Assembly (NCBI RefSeq): GCF_964213995.1 | Contig: NC_135814.1 | Location: 14,508,001-14,572,000 of the forward strand | Origin: Mustelus asterias | Lineage: Eukaryota | DNA: 64,000 nt | Reading direction: 5' to 3' | Shown here: piece after piece, positions 62,114 to 64,000 of the stretch | How positions within the stretch are numbered: position 1 is the first letter of the stretch | Layout of the letters: each line of letters opens with the position of its first letter | Notes under the pieces: model-generated | The model's database searches: none | What the model was told of the DNA's origin: nothing | What the model saw: the letters and a program-made list of their open reading frames with translations, nothing else | Made by a program: the position numbers and the translations under genes

Positions 62114-62415
62114 ATAGAATCATAGAATCCTGCAGTGCAGAAGGATGACATTTGGCCTATCGAGTTGGCATTGACCACAATCCTACCCAGGCCCTATCCC
62201 CATAACCCCAATGCATTTTCCCTAGCTAGTCTCCCTGACACTAGGGAGCAATTTGTAGCATGGCCAATCCACCTAACCAACACATCTTTGGACTGGGGGA
62301 GGAAACCAGAGCACCTGGAGGAAACCCATGCAGACACGAGGAGGATATGCAAACTCCACACAGACAACCAGGAATGAACCCAGGTCCCTGGCGCTGTGAG
62401 GCAGCAGTGTTAACC
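62114..62415 (-). mobile_element. HE1-type V-SINE (CR1 tail)
   Basis: Reverse copy inside the LINE remnant. Confidence 0.85.
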
Positions 62416-63459
62416 TTCCTTTTTGGGGATGGTCATTTCCTGGCACTTGTGCGACTCGAGTGTTACTCGGCAGTTGCGAGCCCAAGCCTCAATGTTCTCC
62501 AGTTCTGCCAGCATATGAACACAGGCTGCTTTAGTATCTGAGGAATTGTAAATGGCACTGAACTTTGTGCAATCATCAGCAGACATCCCACTTCTAAATT
62601 TATGACGGAGGTAAGTAAGGTCATTGATGAAGCAGCTGAAGATCCTGAGGAACTCCCACAGCAATGTCCTGGGACTGAAATTATTTTGTGCCAGGTATGA
62701 CTCCAACCAGTGTCAAGTTTTCCTCTTGATTCCCATTAACGCCAGTTTTGCTGCAGCAACTTGACGCTACACAGGGTTAAATGCTGCCTTGAGCAGTCCC
62801 TTTCACCTCACCTTTGAAATTCAGCTCTTTTGTCCATGTTTAGACCAAGGCTGTAATGAGATCAGATGCTGAGTGGCTCTGGCAGAACCCAAACTGTTAG
62901 TGAGCAGGTTCTGGTAAGCAAGTATTGCTTGGTTGTTTTGTTCTTGGCATTTTCCATAACATTGCTGTTGATTGAGAGTAGATTGATGGGCAATAATTGG
63001 CTGGGTAGGACTTGCCCTGCCATTTGTGTAGAGGACATGCCCAGCAATTTCCACATTTGTCAGATGCCGGTGTTTTATCTGGAACAGCTTGCCTCAGGGC
63101 AAAGCTCGTTCTGGAGCAGTACTACTGCTGGAATATTGTCAGGGCCCATAATCTTCACAGTATCCAATGCCTTCAGCTATTTCTTGATATCATGTGAAGT
63201 TAATTGAATTGGCTGAAGACTGGCACCTGTGTTGTTGGGGATCTCAAGAGGAGGCCGACATGGATCATCCAATTGGCACTTCTGGTTGAAGACAGTTGCC
63301 AACGCTTCAACCTTGTGTTTTGCACTGGTGTGCTGGGCTCCCCCATCATCGAGGATGGGATACTTGTGGAGCTACTGCAACCTCCCATTAGTTGTATAAT
63401 TGTCCACCACAATTCACGACTGGATGGGACATGGCAGTAGAGCTTAGATCTAATCAAAG

Positions 63460-63853
63460 GGTTGTGAACATGACCCAGCCCATCAGGTAAACCAGCCTCC
63501 CATCCATTGATTCTGTCTACACTTACTGCTGCCTCAGAAAAGCAGCCAGCATAATCAAGGACCCCACATACCCCGGGGAAACTCTCTTCCACCTTCCTCC
63601 ATCGGGCAAAAAATATAAAAGTCTGAGGTCACGTACCAACCAACTCAAGAACAGCTTCTTCCCTGCTGCTGTCAGACTGTTGAATGGACCTACCTCTTTC
63701 TCTTTCTCTACACCCTAGCTATGACTGTAGCACTACATTCTGCACTCTCTCCTTTCCTTCCCTATGAACGGTATGCTTTGTCTGTATAGGGCGCAAGAAA
63801 CAATACTTTTCACTGTATACTAATACACGTGACAATAATAAATCAAATCAAAA
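63460..63853 (+). mobile_element. Rex1/Babar LINE 3' fragment
   Basis: KAASIIKDPT..LFHLPPSG...RTNQLKNSFFPAAVRLLN with an (AAATC)n tail. Confidence 0.8.
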
Positions 63854-64000
63854 TTCACTGATTGTGGGGTGGCTCAGCTCTGCAGATTGCCGCTTTGAAT
63901 CCTTTGGAATGCTGTAAAGTTGCATAAAGTATGGTACAATTTTTTTTTTGACATTAAGCCCTACAATTCCCAAGCTTTGAAAGAAAAGAAACGAACCAAG

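Larger units (their letters stand above)
61385..63910 (-). mobile_element. Degenerate CR1/L2-group LINE (RT plus 3' end), interrupted by V-SINE and Rex1
   Basis: FSCFINDL...SADDCT...LENIEAWA...FESHKCQ-like RT motifs (ORF 62410..62706). 3' end GGGCAATAAATACTGGCC...CATGAACAAATAA. Confidence 0.75.

Overview
Eukaryotic, repeat-dense intronic DNA from a cartilaginous fish (inferred from abundant HE1-type V-SINEs and HER1/CR1 LINEs). The only host coding sequence I can support is three minus-strand exons (107, 120 and 201 bp, all GT-AG, frames joining correctly) of a contactin-associated protein-like gene of the CNTNAP4/5 type (EGF then fibrinogen-like domain). The rest is intron filled with about 35 V-SINE copies, a second tRNA-SINE family, CR1, L2, Rex1/Babar, RTE and Penelope-like fragments, PIF/Harbinger remnants with MITEs, solo LTRs and a decayed UACA-family gene fragment. 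The most unusual object is a ~310 bp retroposed element at 51701-52036. It has two U2 snRNA-derived segments, a hairpin-rich body, an A tail and a 12 bp target-site duplication (TSD), and may be a U2-headed SINE. Also notable are a V-SINE subfamily with a Rex1-like tail, a 127 bp MITE family with 3 bp TSDs, and a composite CR1-derived non-autonomous element. Repeat family names are from recognition without database search, and repeat boundaries are approximate unless a TSD is quoted.
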